A stretch of DNA of 64,000 nucleotides from a virus. The stretch lies in the IMG/VR virus record IMGVR_UViG_3300034068_000566, positions 31,290 to 95,289 of that record. One strand, given 5' to 3'. Positions within the stretch are counted from its first letter, which is position 1; each line of letters begins with the position of its first letter. The notes under the pieces are model-generated. The model worked only from the letters and a program-made list of their open reading frames with translations, did no database searches and was not told the DNA's origin. A program made the position numbers and the translations under genes. This document shows positions 49,392 to 58,999 of this stretch, in pieces.

Positions 49392-50254
49392 CTATTGAGT
49401 CAGAGGTTGACTCAGACTATATTCTTTTCTGTCCATTTCATAATAATAATCGTACCCCTGCAGGAGAAGTAGATAAAAATAGTGGGATATTCTTTTGCTT
49501 TTCTTGTCATAAAGTTGCAGATCTGATTGAATTAGTAATACATACTACTGGCAGAACTTACTTTGAGTCTATTAGGTTTATTAAGAATAAAGAAACACAG
49601 ATGGATTTAGAAAAAGAAATTAACAAACAGCTTTATGTTAAACCAGAATTTGTGCCGTTTGACGAATTGATTTTAAAAAGACTTTACAATGGATTAATTT
49701 TATCAGACAGAGCAAAAGATTATTTTAAGTATCGCAAAATTGATACATCATCATGGTCAAAGTTTTCTTTAGGTTATTCAGAAAAGCAAGACATGGTAAC
49801 TGTTCCCGTACACAGCCCAGATGGAATGCCTGTTGGATTTGTTGGCAGATCCGTTGAGGGTAAAGAGTTTAAAAATACTCCAGGATTACCAAAAGCAAAA
49901 ACATTATTTAACTTACACAGAGTAAAGACAGCAGACAAAGTGTATGTAGTAGAGTCTTCTTTTGATGCGATAAGGCTTGATCAGGTTGGCTTTCCAGCAG
50001 TAGCAACACTTGGATCTAATGTATCCAACATACAAATAGAATTGCTTCAGAAATACTTTAATAACATTATTGTTATTGCAGATAATGATGAAGCGGGAGG
50101 AAATATGAAAGATAAGATAATTGAAAAACTTGGCTCTCGTGTTTCCGTTATCAAACTAGATAAACAATATAAAGACATTGGCGATATGGTAGATGATGAG
50201 ATAAAGACTTTAGAGTCTTCGTTTGACAAAACTATACAGTCTATGCTAAACTAA
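49310..50254 (+). CDS. dnaG: DNA primase (CHC2 zinc finger + TOPRIM)
   Basis: CPFH...FFCFSC, VVESSFDA, ADNDEAG, YKDIGD. Confidence 0.92.
   Translation: MDIRNRRNQGNTYTTEQIKRVITGSGLTIESEVDSDYILFCPFHNNNRTPAGEVDKNSGIFFCFSCHKVADLIELVIHTTGRTYFESIRFIKNKETQMDLEKEINKQLYVKPEFVPFDELILKRLYNGLILSDRAKDYFKYRKIDTSSWSKFSLGYSEKQDMVTVPVHSPDGMPVGFVGRSVEGKEFKNTPGLPKAKTLFNLHRVKTADKVYVVESSFDAIRLDQVGFPAVATLGSNVSNIQIELLQKYFNNIIVIADNDEAGGNMKDKIIEKLGSRVSVIKLDKQYKDIGDMVDDEIKTLESSFDKTIQSMLN
50223..50252 (+). promoter_or_regulatory. Sigma70/SigA-type promoter for SSB/polymerase
   Basis: TTGACA-N18-TAAACT with a TG extension. Confidence 0.6.
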
Positions 50255-50280
50255 TATAAACAACACAAAAGGAGAAAAAC

Positions 50281-50934
50281 ATGAGTGTAATTAAGGGATT
50301 AAAAGATATCAACGCCCTACTCGAAAAGCCAAAATATGAAGGTACAGGACAAAAGGTTCGTTGGGTTAAGTTAGCTGACGGACAATCTGCAAAGGTTCGT
50401 TTCGTTGAAGAACTTGATCAGGATTCAGCACACTATGCAGAAGCACGTGGCTTGTCTGTTGTGGTTGCAGAACACACAAATCCAAAAGACTATAAGCGTA
50501 AGGCTGCATGTACACAAGAAGCCGAAGGTCGTTGCTTTGGTTGTGAGATGGCTCGCAAGGAACCAAAGTCAGGCTGGAGAGCAAGACTTCGTTTTTATTG
50601 CAACGTGCTAATCAATGACGGTACAGAAGATCCATACGTTGCTGTTTGGTCACAGGGTATTTCAAAGCAATCAGCATTCAATAATATTCGTGAGTATGCA
50701 CTTGACACAGGTAGTGTTTCAAATCTTGAATGGAAGTTAAAGCGTAATGGTCAGGGAACTGAAACTAATTACACACTTCTTCCATCAAAGCCAGACTCAG
50801 AGCCATTCAATTGGGAAAGCCATGAGTTTTTCAACCTAGAAAAGGTTGTTCGTGAAGTTCCATATCCAGAGCAAGAAGCTTTTTACTTTGGGTTTGATAC
50901 TCCATCTGTTACCAGCACAAATATTGACTGGTAA
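50281..50934 (+). CDS. Single-stranded DNA-binding protein (gp32-like)
   Basis: KLADGQSAKVRF, Cys cluster, KLKRNGQGTETNY, acidic/aromatic C-terminus. Confidence 0.75.
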   Translation: MSVIKGLKDINALLEKPKYEGTGQKVRWVKLADGQSAKVRFVEELDQDSAHYAEARGLSVVVAEHTNPKDYKRKAACTQEAEGRCFGCEMARKEPKSGWRARLRFYCNVLINDGTEDPYVAVWSQGISKQSAFNNIREYALDTGSVSNLEWKLKRNGQGTETNYTLLPSKPDSEPFNWESHEFFNLEKVVREVPYPEQEAFYFGFDTPSVTSTNIDW

Positions 50935-50937
50935 TTG

Positions 50938-53900
50938 ATGTCCTACGTAGGCTTACACGTACACACCCACTACTCGTTATTTGACGGGATCGCTACTCCA
51001 GAAGAATATGTTGACCGTGCAGTTGATTTAGGGATGACAGCCATTGCCATCACTGATCATGGTACTTTATCTGGGCATAGGGAACTGCATCGTATTGCAA
51101 AAGCGAAGGGTATTAAGCCTATACTTGGCGTAGAAGGCTATATGTGTGCTGATAGATTTGATACAAGAGATAAGTCGGAAAGAAACGGCGATCTTGATTT
51201 AGTCTACAACCATATAGTCCTTCTCGCTAAGAACCAAATTGGTTTAGAGAATTTAAATAAGATTAACGAAATTGCATGGACAGAGGGATATTTTAAAAAG
51301 CCAAGGTTTGACTTTGAAGTTCTTGAAAAGTATTCTGAAGGCATCATTGTTACATCTGCCTGTCCAAGTAGTGTTCTTGTAAAAGCCCTTGAGAATAATG
51401 AGTTTGCAATAGCAAAAGATTATATCCAATGGTTTAAGCGTGTATTTAAAGATGATTATTATATTGAGGTAATGCCACATAACGAAGCCGAAATTAATAA
51501 ACAGTTAATTGCTTTGGCAGATGAGTTTGGTGTTCAAGTAGTTGTAACTCCAGACTGCCACCACAGTCATACAGATCAAAAAGAAATCCAGGAATTTAAA
51601 TTACTTCTTAATACTCATGTCAAGATTGATAAAGAGCATACGTTTGAGAAGTCTAAAAAGCATACAAATATGATGGATCGTTTAGATTATCTATATGGAC
51701 ATGATCGTCAAATTACATTCAATAAGTTTGATATTCACCTTCTTTCCTATGAAGAGATGAAAGCTGCTATGGAAGCACAAGGTATTGATCGTCCAGACAT
51801 TTACGCCAACACAATCTCTGTTGCTGAAAAAGTTGGGGACTATGGAATTCAAGAAGGAATGGATCTACTACCAGTACAATACAAGAATCCAGATAAAGAG
51901 TTAAAGACACTTGCACTAGAAGGTTTAGCAGAGCGTGGCTTGCAAGATAACCAAGAATATCTAGATCGTCTAGATGAAGAGCTAAAAATTATTAAAGATA
52001 AAAAGTTTGGCCCTTACTTTCTTGTTGTGCGTAGTATGATTACGTGGGCAAAGAAAGAAGGGATTATGGTTGGCCCAGGTCGTGGTTCTTCTGCTGGTTC
52101 ATTACTTTGTTACACACTTGGAATTACGGACATTGATCCAATTAAACATGGGCTATTATTCTTTCGTTTTATTAACCCAGACCGAAATGACTTTCCAGAT
52201 ATTGATACAGATATTCAAGATAACCGTCGTGAAGAAGTTAAAGACTATCTTGTTAGACAATACAAACATGTTGCATCAATTGCCACTTTCCTTTCATTTA
52301 AAGATAAGGGTGTAGTCCGAGATGTTGCACGAGTATTAAATATTCCCTTAACTGATGTTAACAAGGTTTTAAAGTTAGTTGACACTTGGGATGAATATTG
52401 CAGTTCAAAAACAACACGGGAATTCCGTGAGAAATATCCAGAGGTGGAAATATATGGAGAACAACTTCGTGGTCGTATTAGAGGTACTGGCATTCACGCT
52501 GCTGGCGTTGTCACTAGTAAAGATCCTATTTTTAGGTTCGCACCAATGGAGACAAGGTCTTCTACTGGTAGCGATGAGCGTATTCCTGTTGTTGCGGTTG
52601 ACATGGAAGAAGCTGAAAAAATTGGCTTAATTAAGATTGATGCTCTTGGTTTAAAAACTTTATCAGTTTTACAAGATGCTATTCAAATTATTAAAGAACG
52701 TGATGGTAAAACAATTAAACCATTAGACATCCCTATGGATGATGCTAATGTTTATCAGATGCTTTCTGATGGTTATACAAAGGGAGTGTTTCAGTGTGAA
52801 GCAGCACCCTATACAAACCTTCTTATTAAGATGGGTGTAAAGAATCTTGCCGAACTAGCAGCTTCAAATGCTTTAGTTCGTCCAGGCGCAATGAATACAA
52901 TTGGAAAAGACTATATTGAACGCAAGCATGGTCGTCAAAATATTGGGTATACTCATCAAGTACTAAAAGAATTTACGGAGGAAACCTATGGTTGTATTCT
53001 TTACCAGGAACAAGTTATGCAAGCATGCGTATCGCTTGGCGGTATGTCCATGTCGGAAGCAGATAAAGTTAGAAAGATCATTGGAAAGAAAAAAGATGCT
53101 AAAGAGTTTGATGTATTCAAGGACAAGTTTGTCAATGGTGCTTCTGCCTATGTTAGTCCCAATACGGCTCGTGATTTATGGCATGACTTTGAAGCGCATG
53201 CGGGATACTCGTTCAACAAGTCTCATGCGGTTGCTTACTCTACGCTCTCGTATTGGACGGCGTGGTTAAAATATCATTATCCATTAGAGTTTATGTACTC
53301 ACTACTAAAGAATGAAAAGGACAAAGATGCTCGCACTGAATACCTTATTGAAGCAAAAAGAATGGGGATTAGCATTAAGCTGCCTCACATTAATGATTCG
53401 GATATCGATTTTAAAATTGAAGGAAAGGGTATTCGTTTTGGTTTGTCGGGCATTAAGTTCATATCTGACAAAATCGCCGAGAGGTATATCTCCGCAAGGC
53501 CTTTTGATTCGTATGCTCACCTGGAAGAGTTCACGTTTACAAAAGGAAATGGAGTCAATTCTAGAGCATTGCAAGCGCTACGAGTCATTGGCGCTGCAAC
53601 GTTTAATGATCAACCAAGAAATGAAAATGAGATAAAAGAAAATCTATATGAGTATTTAAATTTACCAGAGTTTAATATTTCTGTTCCATCTCACTATCAT
53701 GCTTGGATTACACAAAATGAAGACTATGAAGAAAAAGGTTCCTTTATCCTCATGGGAATGATTAAAAGTATTAAGAGATCAAAGGGTTGGTCAAGAGTAG
53801 AACTATTAGATAAAACAGGAAGCGTAGGAATATTTGATGATGAAAACACCACTATTGAAGCTGGCATATCGTATCTCATTTTGGCTAATGATAATAGGAT

Positions 53901-54210
53901 TCTTTCTGCTATCCCTGTCGACCAAATAAAAGGTTCTGACAGTGCTCTTGTAAAGTTTTTAAACTACAAGATGCTTCCATATAAAGATGATGATATGTTT
54001 GTGGTATCCTTTAAACCAAGGATTACAAAAACGGGAAAGAAAATGGCTTCGCTTACACTTGCAGACTCTTCAAGAGATTTACACTCTGTAACTGTTTTTC
54101 CTACAACATTTGCAAAAGCTTACATGAAACTTGAAGAGGGCAATGTATATAAGTTTAGTTTTGGTAAGACTAAGGATGGAACAGTTATCTTGGAGGATAT
54201 AAATGTATGA
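50938..54210 (+). CDS. dnaE: DNA polymerase III alpha subunit (with PHP domain)
   Basis: LHVHTHYSLFDG, TDHG, GPGRGSSAGSL, PDIDTD, HAAGVV, KIDALGL, YSFNKSHA. Confidence 0.96.
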   Translation: MSYVGLHVHTHYSLFDGIATPEEYVDRAVDLGMTAIAITDHGTLSGHRELHRIAKAKGIKPILGVEGYMCADRFDTRDKSERNGDLDLVYNHIVLLAKNQIGLENLNKINEIAWTEGYFKKPRFDFEVLEKYSEGIIVTSACPSSVLVKALENNEFAIAKDYIQWFKRVFKDDYYIEVMPHNEAEINKQLIALADEFGVQVVVTPDCHHSHTDQKEIQEFKLLLNTHVKIDKEHTFEKSKKHTNMMDRLDYLYGHDRQITFNKFDIHLLSYEEMKAAMEAQGIDRPDIYANTISVAEKVGDYGIQEGMDLLPVQYKNPDKELKTLALEGLAERGLQDNQEYLDRLDEELKIIKDKKFGPYFLVVRSMITWAKKEGIMVGPGRGSSAGSLLCYTLGITDIDPIKHGLLFFRFINPDRNDFPDIDTDIQDNRREEVKDYLVRQYKHVASIATFLSFKDKGVVRDVARVLNIPLTDVNKVLKLVDTWDEYCSSKTTREFREKYPEVEIYGEQLRGRIRGTGIHAAGVVTSKDPIFRFAPMETRSSTGSDERIPVVAVDMEEAEKIGLIKIDALGLKTLSVLQDAIQIIKERDGKTIKPLDIPMDDANVYQMLSDGYTKGVFQCEAAPYTNLLIKMGVKNLAELAASNALVRPGAMNTIGKDYIERKHGRQNIGYTHQVLKEFTEETYGCILYQEQVMQACVSLGGMSMSEADKVRKIIGKKKDAKEFDVFKDKFVNGASAYVSPNTARDLWHDFEAHAGYSFNKSHAVAYSTLSYWTAWLKYHYPLEFMYSLLKNEKDKDARTEYLIEAKRMGISIKLPHINDSDIDFKIEGKGIRFGLSGIKFISDKIAERYISARPFDSYAHLEEFTFTKGNGVNSRALQALRVIGAATFNDQPRNENEIKENLYEYLNLPEFNISVPSHYHAWITQNEDYEEKGSFILMGMIKSIKRSKGWSRVELLDKTGSVGIFDDENTTIEAGISYLILANDNRILSAIPVDQIKGSDSALVKFLNYKMLPYKDDDMFVVSFKPRITKTGKKMASLTLADSSRDLHSVTVFPTTFAKAYMKLEEGNVYKFSFGKTKDGTVILEDINV
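52454..52630 (+). CDS. Putative overprinted 58-aa two-TM membrane protein inside dnaE (+1 frame)
   Basis: GAGGTGG 6 nt before ATG; two hydrophobic segments and a KKLKK tail. Confidence 0.3.
   Translation: MENNFVVVLEVLAFTLLALSLVKILFLGSHQWRQGLLLVAMSVFLLLRLTWKKLKKLA
52988..53269 (+). CDS. Putative overprinted 93-aa basic membrane protein inside dnaE (+1 frame)
   Basis: GGAGG 6 nt before ATG; cluster of otherwise rare NCG codons in dnaE that make Arg in this frame. Confidence 0.4.
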   Translation: MVVFFTRNKLCKHAYRLAVCPCRKQIKLERSLERKKMLKSLMYSRTSLSMVLLPMLVPIRLVIYGMTLKRMRDTRSTSLMRLLTLRSRIGRRG

Positions 54211-54538
54211 CAATGTGTTTGACAACCTAGCAATTAATTTGCATAAAGCTGCAGTTGAAAAAGGATTTTGGCCTGAGCCAGAAGATGTTGATGATATCTT
54301 TATTGCAAAGCAACTCATGATGATTGTTTCTGAGGTAACCGAAGTAATGGAAGCAATTCGCAAAGATAAAGGTGAAGAAGAAATTACAAAAGAGTTTGCC
54401 GATATCTTAATTCGTACACTTGACCTATATGCTGGAGTTGTTGACGCAGGGTATACCAAGCTTTCGCTTGATCAAGCATTAAGAGAGAAAATAGATTTTA
54501 ATAAAACTAGACCAGAGAAACATGGAGTACGATTCTAA
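54203..54538 (+). CDS. MazG-like NTP pyrophosphohydrolase
   Basis: IVSEVTEVMEAIRK...EFADILIR..D...K..FNK.R. Confidence 0.85.
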   Translation: MYDNVFDNLAINLHKAAVEKGFWPEPEDVDDIFIAKQLMMIVSEVTEVMEAIRKDKGEEEITKEFADILIRTLDLYAGVVDAGYTKLSLDQALREKIDFNKTRPEKHGVRF

Positions 54539-55548
54539 TGACTGTAACAATAGAAGAAGCAATGGCACAACTCGACCCAAAACTAAGAAAGAAATTGGGC
54601 ACTGGTGTAGGGATTAACTATGAATATCAACCAACCCCTAGTTATGGTTTAAACCGTGCTCTGGGCGGTGGCCTTCCGTATGGTAGGCAAGTTCTTATCT
54701 GGGGGTCAAAGTCCTCTGCAAAGTCCTCTATGTGCCTTCAAATGATTGCTTTAGCCCAAGCAGAAGGAAAGTTATGTGCATGGATTGATTCAGAAATGTC
54801 ATACTCAGAAGATTGGGCCAGAGCTCTTGGGGTAGATCCAGAAAAACTTATTTATTCACAAGCAAGAACTATCAGCGATATGGTTGATGTAGGTGTGGCA
54901 TTAATGAATGCTGGCGTTGATTTAATTGTAGTGGATTCCATTACATCGATGCTTCCTGCAATATACTTTGAAAAAGATACTGATGAGATGAAGGCTTTGG
55001 AAAATACCAAACAGATTGGAGCAGAATCTCGTGACTTTAGTAACGCATGGAAAATGCTTAACTACGCAAACAATAAGGTTAAGCCAACTTTGCTTGTTCT
55101 TATTTCTCAGTCTCGTAACAATATCAATGCTATGTATACTAGCCAGCAGCCTTCTGGTGGTCAGGCTACTAAGTTTTATTCCTCATGTATTGTTAAGCTC
55201 TTTTCTTCAGAGTCAGACAATCAAGCAATTAAGGGCAAGATTAAAGTAGGAGATAAATTAATTGAAGAAAAAATTGGTAGAACTATTCGCTGGGAATTGC
55301 AATTCTCTAAAACCTCTCCAGGGTTCCAATCTGGTGAGTATGATTTTTATTTTAGAGGTGACGATATTGGTCTTGATACCATTGGTGATCTGGTTACTAC
55401 CGCAGAACTAAACGGCATTGTAGAACGAACTGGTGCTTGGTACATCCTGCCTGACGGATCAAAGGTACAAGGTAAAGAATCTTTTATTAATCGTGTAAGA
55501 GAAGATCTTGATTTACAAAAATCAATCAAGGATAGACTAAGTGCCTAA
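54538..55548 (+). CDS. recA: RecA-like recombinase
   Basis: LGGGLPYGR, WIDSE, WARALGVD, IVVDSI, ISQ.R, SGGQATKFYSS, GAWY. Confidence 0.92.
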   Translation: MTVTIEEAMAQLDPKLRKKLGTGVGINYEYQPTPSYGLNRALGGGLPYGRQVLIWGSKSSAKSSMCLQMIALAQAEGKLCAWIDSEMSYSEDWARALGVDPEKLIYSQARTISDMVDVGVALMNAGVDLIVVDSITSMLPAIYFEKDTDEMKALENTKQIGAESRDFSNAWKMLNYANNKVKPTLLVLISQSRNNINAMYTSQQPSGGQATKFYSSCIVKLFSSESDNQAIKGKIKVGDKLIEEKIGRTIRWELQFSKTSPGFQSGEYDFYFRGDDIGLDTIGDLVTTAELNGIVERTGAWYILPDGSKVQGKESFINRVREDLDLQKSIKDRLSA

Positions 55549-55717
55549 CTATACAGTTTATAATGGTAAGTTTCTTTGCCATACTTGCAAGGCAGAAGTT
55601 CCAACATTAAGGCTATACCCAATTACAAAAGAGATTACTTGGATGTGTAAGGAAAAACACCTTAGCAAGGTCTCTCTTGGTAAAAGAAAGAAGAGCGACT
55701 TTGACGGAGAAGAGTGA
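55541..55717 (+). CDS. Small zinc-binding protein (58 aa; not in ORF track)
   Basis: GTG start overlapping the recA end; MPNYTVYNGKFLCHTC...WMCKEKH. Confidence 0.65.
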   Translation: MPNYTVYNGKFLCHTCKAEVPTLRLYPITKEITWMCKEKHLSKVSLGKRKKSDFDGEE

Positions 55718-55982
55718 GTCTAAGAGGATAGGTGCTAAGCAGCACAAGAACTCTGGTCGCAATACTCAAAAAGGAGATGCTTCTTGGAAAAACTTTGTGG
55801 TAGATTTTAAAGAGGTTGGAAAATCTTTTACTTTAAATAAAGATGTTTGGGCAAAGGCTACCACCGATGCTATGAAGAATGGCAAAGACCCAGCCATCGT
55901 TGTCGTGATAGGCGAGGGTAACTCTAAAGTCAGACTTGCTATAATTGAGATGAGTATATTAGAAGATCTAGTGGAGGAATAA
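55701..55982 (+). CDS. PD-(D/E)xK nuclease, Holliday-junction-resolvase-like
   Basis: TTG start; E..R.GA....SG.....GD.....VDFKE...SF; W.K...DA. Confidence 0.65.
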   Translation: MTEKSESKRIGAKQHKNSGRNTQKGDASWKNFVVDFKEVGKSFTLNKDVWAKATTDAMKNGKDPAIVVVIGEGNSKVRLAIIEMSILEDLVEE

Positions 55983-56287
55983 TGGAACAACAAGTAACAA
56001 CAATAGACATGGTAAATGGTTTGGTAGAAATTGCTGACTATATGGAAGATGAAGAATTAACAACAGCTTTAACAATGATTGCTAAATTAATTATAAAGCC
56101 AGACATTCCAATCAATGTTGCTCATATAGAAATTGTAAGGCTTCAAGCTATCGCAGCAAAGATGGCGTTGAAAGCAACATGGATGGCTAATGTAGATAAG
56201 TCAGACCGAGGCAAAAAGAATTTATATTATACTGCAGCAGAAGCAATTAATAATTTAGTCTCTGCTTTAAAATACATAACACGATAA
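55982..56287 (+). CDS. Hypothetical helical protein
   Basis: GGAGG RBS; coupled start. Confidence 0.7.
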   Translation: MEQQVTTIDMVNGLVEIADYMEDEELTTALTMIAKLIIKPDIPINVAHIEIVRLQAIAAKMALKATWMANVDKSDRGKKNLYYTAAEAINNLVSALKYITR

Positions 56288-56325
56288 TCTGCTATACTTA
56301 TACTAATAGAAACGAGCATAAAACA

Positions 56326-57126
56326 ATGACAAAAAGTTTATTACAGCAGGTTATGGTTAAGCAGGAAAAGCCACCAATTCATCCAATTGATGTTGCGGGA
56401 ATTACTGAAAAAATTCAGTCTGGCTATACTGTAAATCGTATTGACAAGCAAACACAGAAAAAGACTTTTGCTCCATCAACAATTGCCTATGGCCATGGCG
56501 AGTGCCCAAGATATTGGTACTTAGCTTTTGACGGACAAATGTTTGAAGATGATGCAACACCATATAGTGCAGCCAACATGACTGCAGGAACTAAGTCTCA
56601 CGAAAGAATCCAAGAAGCAATGGGCAACGTTCCAGACTTTCTTGTTGATTCAGAATTTAAAATTGTAAACAATGACCCGCCAATTTTTGGTTATGGCGAT
56701 GTTATTGTAAATTGGCAGGGAGAAGAACTCCTTGGTGAAATTAAAACAATGATGAACGAGGGCTTTGAGTACCGCAAAGCTCACATGAAACCAAAGACTG
56801 GACACTTAGTTCAGCTTCTTATTTATATGAAGATTCTCAAGAAGGCAAAAGCAGTTCTTATTTATGAAAATAAAAATAATCACGAGTTGCTTATTCTTCC
56901 TGTAGAAGTAAATGATTATTATCGTCGGTGGGTAGACCAGACGTTTGAATGGATGAGATCAGTTCGTAAGGCTTGGGTCGATAGAACCCTACCTGAAAAG
57001 AATTACCGATCCAATTCAAAGATCTGCAAATCATGTCCAATTAAAAAGGCATGTGCAGAGGCTGGTAAAGGAGACTTTAAACTAAAGTCCTTGGAGCCTA
57101 TAGATGAAGCATTGTCAATGGTGTGA
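56326..57126 (+). CDS. Cas4-like PD-(D/E)xK exonuclease
   Basis: ECPRYWY...GT..H...GYGD...GEIKT...QLLIY...CKSCPIKKAC (4 Cys); TGCTATACT upstream. Confidence 0.85.
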   Translation: MTKSLLQQVMVKQEKPPIHPIDVAGITEKIQSGYTVNRIDKQTQKKTFAPSTIAYGHGECPRYWYLAFDGQMFEDDATPYSAANMTAGTKSHERIQEAMGNVPDFLVDSEFKIVNNDPPIFGYGDVIVNWQGEELLGEIKTMMNEGFEYRKAHMKPKTGHLVQLLIYMKILKKAKAVLIYENKNNHELLILPVEVNDYYRRWVDQTFEWMRSVRKAWVDRTLPEKNYRSNSKICKSCPIKKACAEAGKGDFKLKSLEPIDEALSMV

Positions 57127-57379
57127 TAAAACTTTTAACACACAAATAAAATATCAGATATACTGCTCTGTAGAATGTAGAACCGAATCTACAAAAGAAA
57201 AAATAGCAGCACGATATATTATTGAGCGTCGTCAAACACGAATAGGCAAAGATAGACGGTGCAAAAGTTGTGCAGAGCCTTTGTCTATCTACAATGACGA
57301 AAACTTGTGTATTAAATGCAATGTTAATCCCAAAGACGTAATGAAAGCATTGAAAGAAATTAAGGATAACTTGAAATGA
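57104..57379 (+). CDS. Zinc-finger protein
   Basis: CQWC...YCSVEC...CKSC...CIKC. Confidence 0.75.
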   Translation: MKHCQWCDKTFNTQIKYQIYCSVECRTESTKEKIAARYIIERRQTRIGKDRRCKSCAEPLSIYNDENLCIKCNVNPKDVMKALKEIKDNLK

Positions 57380-57966
57380 AATTAGCAGAAGCTATAGGTT
57401 CAAAAGCACCAGAGCGTGTCTGTGCTATTGACGCAAGTACTAATAGCCTTGCTTATGCTACTTTTCATGGAGGGTATCTTAGAGAGTTTGGAAAGATTAA
57501 TTTTCAAGGCAAAGATATTTATGAAAAAGTTATTGATGCTGGAAGAAAGTCAATTGGACTCTTTAACCACATTGTAAATGTAGATGCAATTGTTATTGAG
57601 CATACTGTTTTTATGAATAGTCCTAAGACTGCTGCGGATCTTGCATTGGTTCAAGGTGCCTTACTTGGTGCTGCAGGACAGTCTGGGATTCGGATTATTG
57701 GAAAAGTTTCTCCAATCACTTGGCAAAATTATTTAGGAAACAAAAAGATGTCAAAAGAAGAGCAGGCTTTAATTAGATCTGCTCATCCAGGAAAATCTGT
57801 TTCTTGGTACAAAACATATGAAAGAAATCTTAGAAAAGAAAGAACTATTACAATGATTAACACAATCTATAATAAATCTATTACTGATAACGATGTTGCC
57901 GATGCTTGTGGCATTGGACATTGGGCAGTAAAAAATTGGGGCAAAGCAATAGGAGCTGATCAATAA
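57376..57966 (+). CDS. RuvC-like (RNase H fold) resolvase
   Basis: AIDAST, IVIE, LALVQG, P.TW, DNDVADACGI. Confidence 0.8.
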   Translation: MKLAEAIGSKAPERVCAIDASTNSLAYATFHGGYLREFGKINFQGKDIYEKVIDAGRKSIGLFNHIVNVDAIVIEHTVFMNSPKTAADLALVQGALLGAAGQSGIRIIGKVSPITWQNYLGNKKMSKEEQALIRSAHPGKSVSWYKTYERNLRKERTITMINTIYNKSITDNDVADACGIGHWAVKNWGKAIGADQ

Positions 57967-58616
57967 TGCCAGAGCTAAATGCAAACATTCCACCAATAGA
58001 GTGCTATGTGCGTGGAAACTTTTTAAGAGATCAAGAAGATAGTCATGACCAATACTTCCCATGTGTTATCTTTGGAGTCTCAAGTATTAAGGGAAGAAGT
58101 CCGTTGTTCCATTTCTTAATGGAAGATGGTGGGCTATGGTGGAGAATGCCAATAAATGCTTTTTGTACAAAGCCAGGAGTTCCAGAAGAGCCTATCTACA
58201 ATCTTGTGCTATGGAATTCATTTTCTCCACACGTGGCTGTAACTAAATTTCAAAACCTAGTTAACATGAGAATGTCTTATCTTAATAGAGAAAAAGAAAA
58301 TGTTCCTGGAAAGTATTTGTTTACCCTTGACTGGCACAACCCAGAATCAAACATCTTAGATGATGGCTACTCTGAAAATCCAGGGCAACATAAATGTGGT
58401 CATGTAATTCAAAGAGATGATGGAAACTTTGCTATTCAGCCTAACAATAGAGTCAAACTATATGAGCCATCATTTGTAACAAAGCAAAGCTTATTGCTTC
58501 ATAGACTTGTAAATACTAATAAGTGGGACGTTGAGAGTTATGATAAGTGGATGCTAGAAGACTCTAATTCTTATGACTATGACATTTTTGAAAAAGATAA
58601 AAATGCAAACACCTAA
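57966..58616 (+). CDS. Conserved phage hypothetical protein
   Basis: LNANIPP...WWRMPI.AF...HKCGH...GNFAIQPNNR. Confidence 0.75.
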   Translation: MPELNANIPPIECYVRGNFLRDQEDSHDQYFPCVIFGVSSIKGRSPLFHFLMEDGGLWWRMPINAFCTKPGVPEEPIYNLVLWNSFSPHVAVTKFQNLVNMRMSYLNREKENVPGKYLFTLDWHNPESNILDDGYSENPGQHKCGHVIQRDDGNFAIQPNNRVKLYEPSFVTKQSLLLHRLVNTNKWDVESYDKWMLEDSNSYDYDIFEKDKNANT

Positions 58617-58854
58617 TCAACTTAAGGCAGCAGCCCTTATTGAACATTTAATTTTACAAAATGCTCTTGAGATAGATGGATTTGACATTGAGACTGGAGA
58701 AACGATATACTCTATTACAGACAACTTAGAGTTTGTCAACCCAGAACTTTATGAAGATTTAAGAGAAGACTTTAATCATCAGATGTTTGAAATGGTTAGA
58801 CAAGGTCCAACAATTATGAAATGGAAAATTGACGGGAGATTCTTTAATGGCTAA
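58603..58854 (+). CDS. Hypothetical protein
   Basis: LILQNALEIDG.D..TGE..YSIT. Confidence 0.6.
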   Translation: MQTPNQLKAAALIEHLILQNALEIDGFDIETGETIYSITDNLEFVNPELYEDLREDFNHQMFEMVRQGPTIMKWKIDGRFFNG

Positions 58855-58999
58855 GTTATACACAAGTAACATATGGTTACGTAAACGCTACATCATAGAC
58901 AAGAAAACTCCTGAAGAGATTGCTACAGAGTGTGGAACAAGCGTTGAAACAATTTATGTTTACCTTGCTAAGTTTGGATTAAGGAAGTCAAAGCGATGA
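58847..58999 (+). CDS. Small HTH protein (50 aa; not in ORF track)
   Basis: WLRKRY..DKKTPEEIATECGTSVETIYVYLAKFGL; GGAG RBS. Confidence 0.75.
   Translation: MAKLYTSNIWLRKRYIIDKKTPEEIATECGTSVETIYVYLAKFGLRKSKR

Noticed and set aside
55016-55249. Hydrophobic +1-frame ORF inside recA
   Set aside because: No convincing SD or start, and hydrophobicity is expected in this frame
56326-57126. CRISPR-Cas system
   Set aside because: Solo Cas4-like nuclease only; no cas1/cas2 and no repeat-spacer array seen
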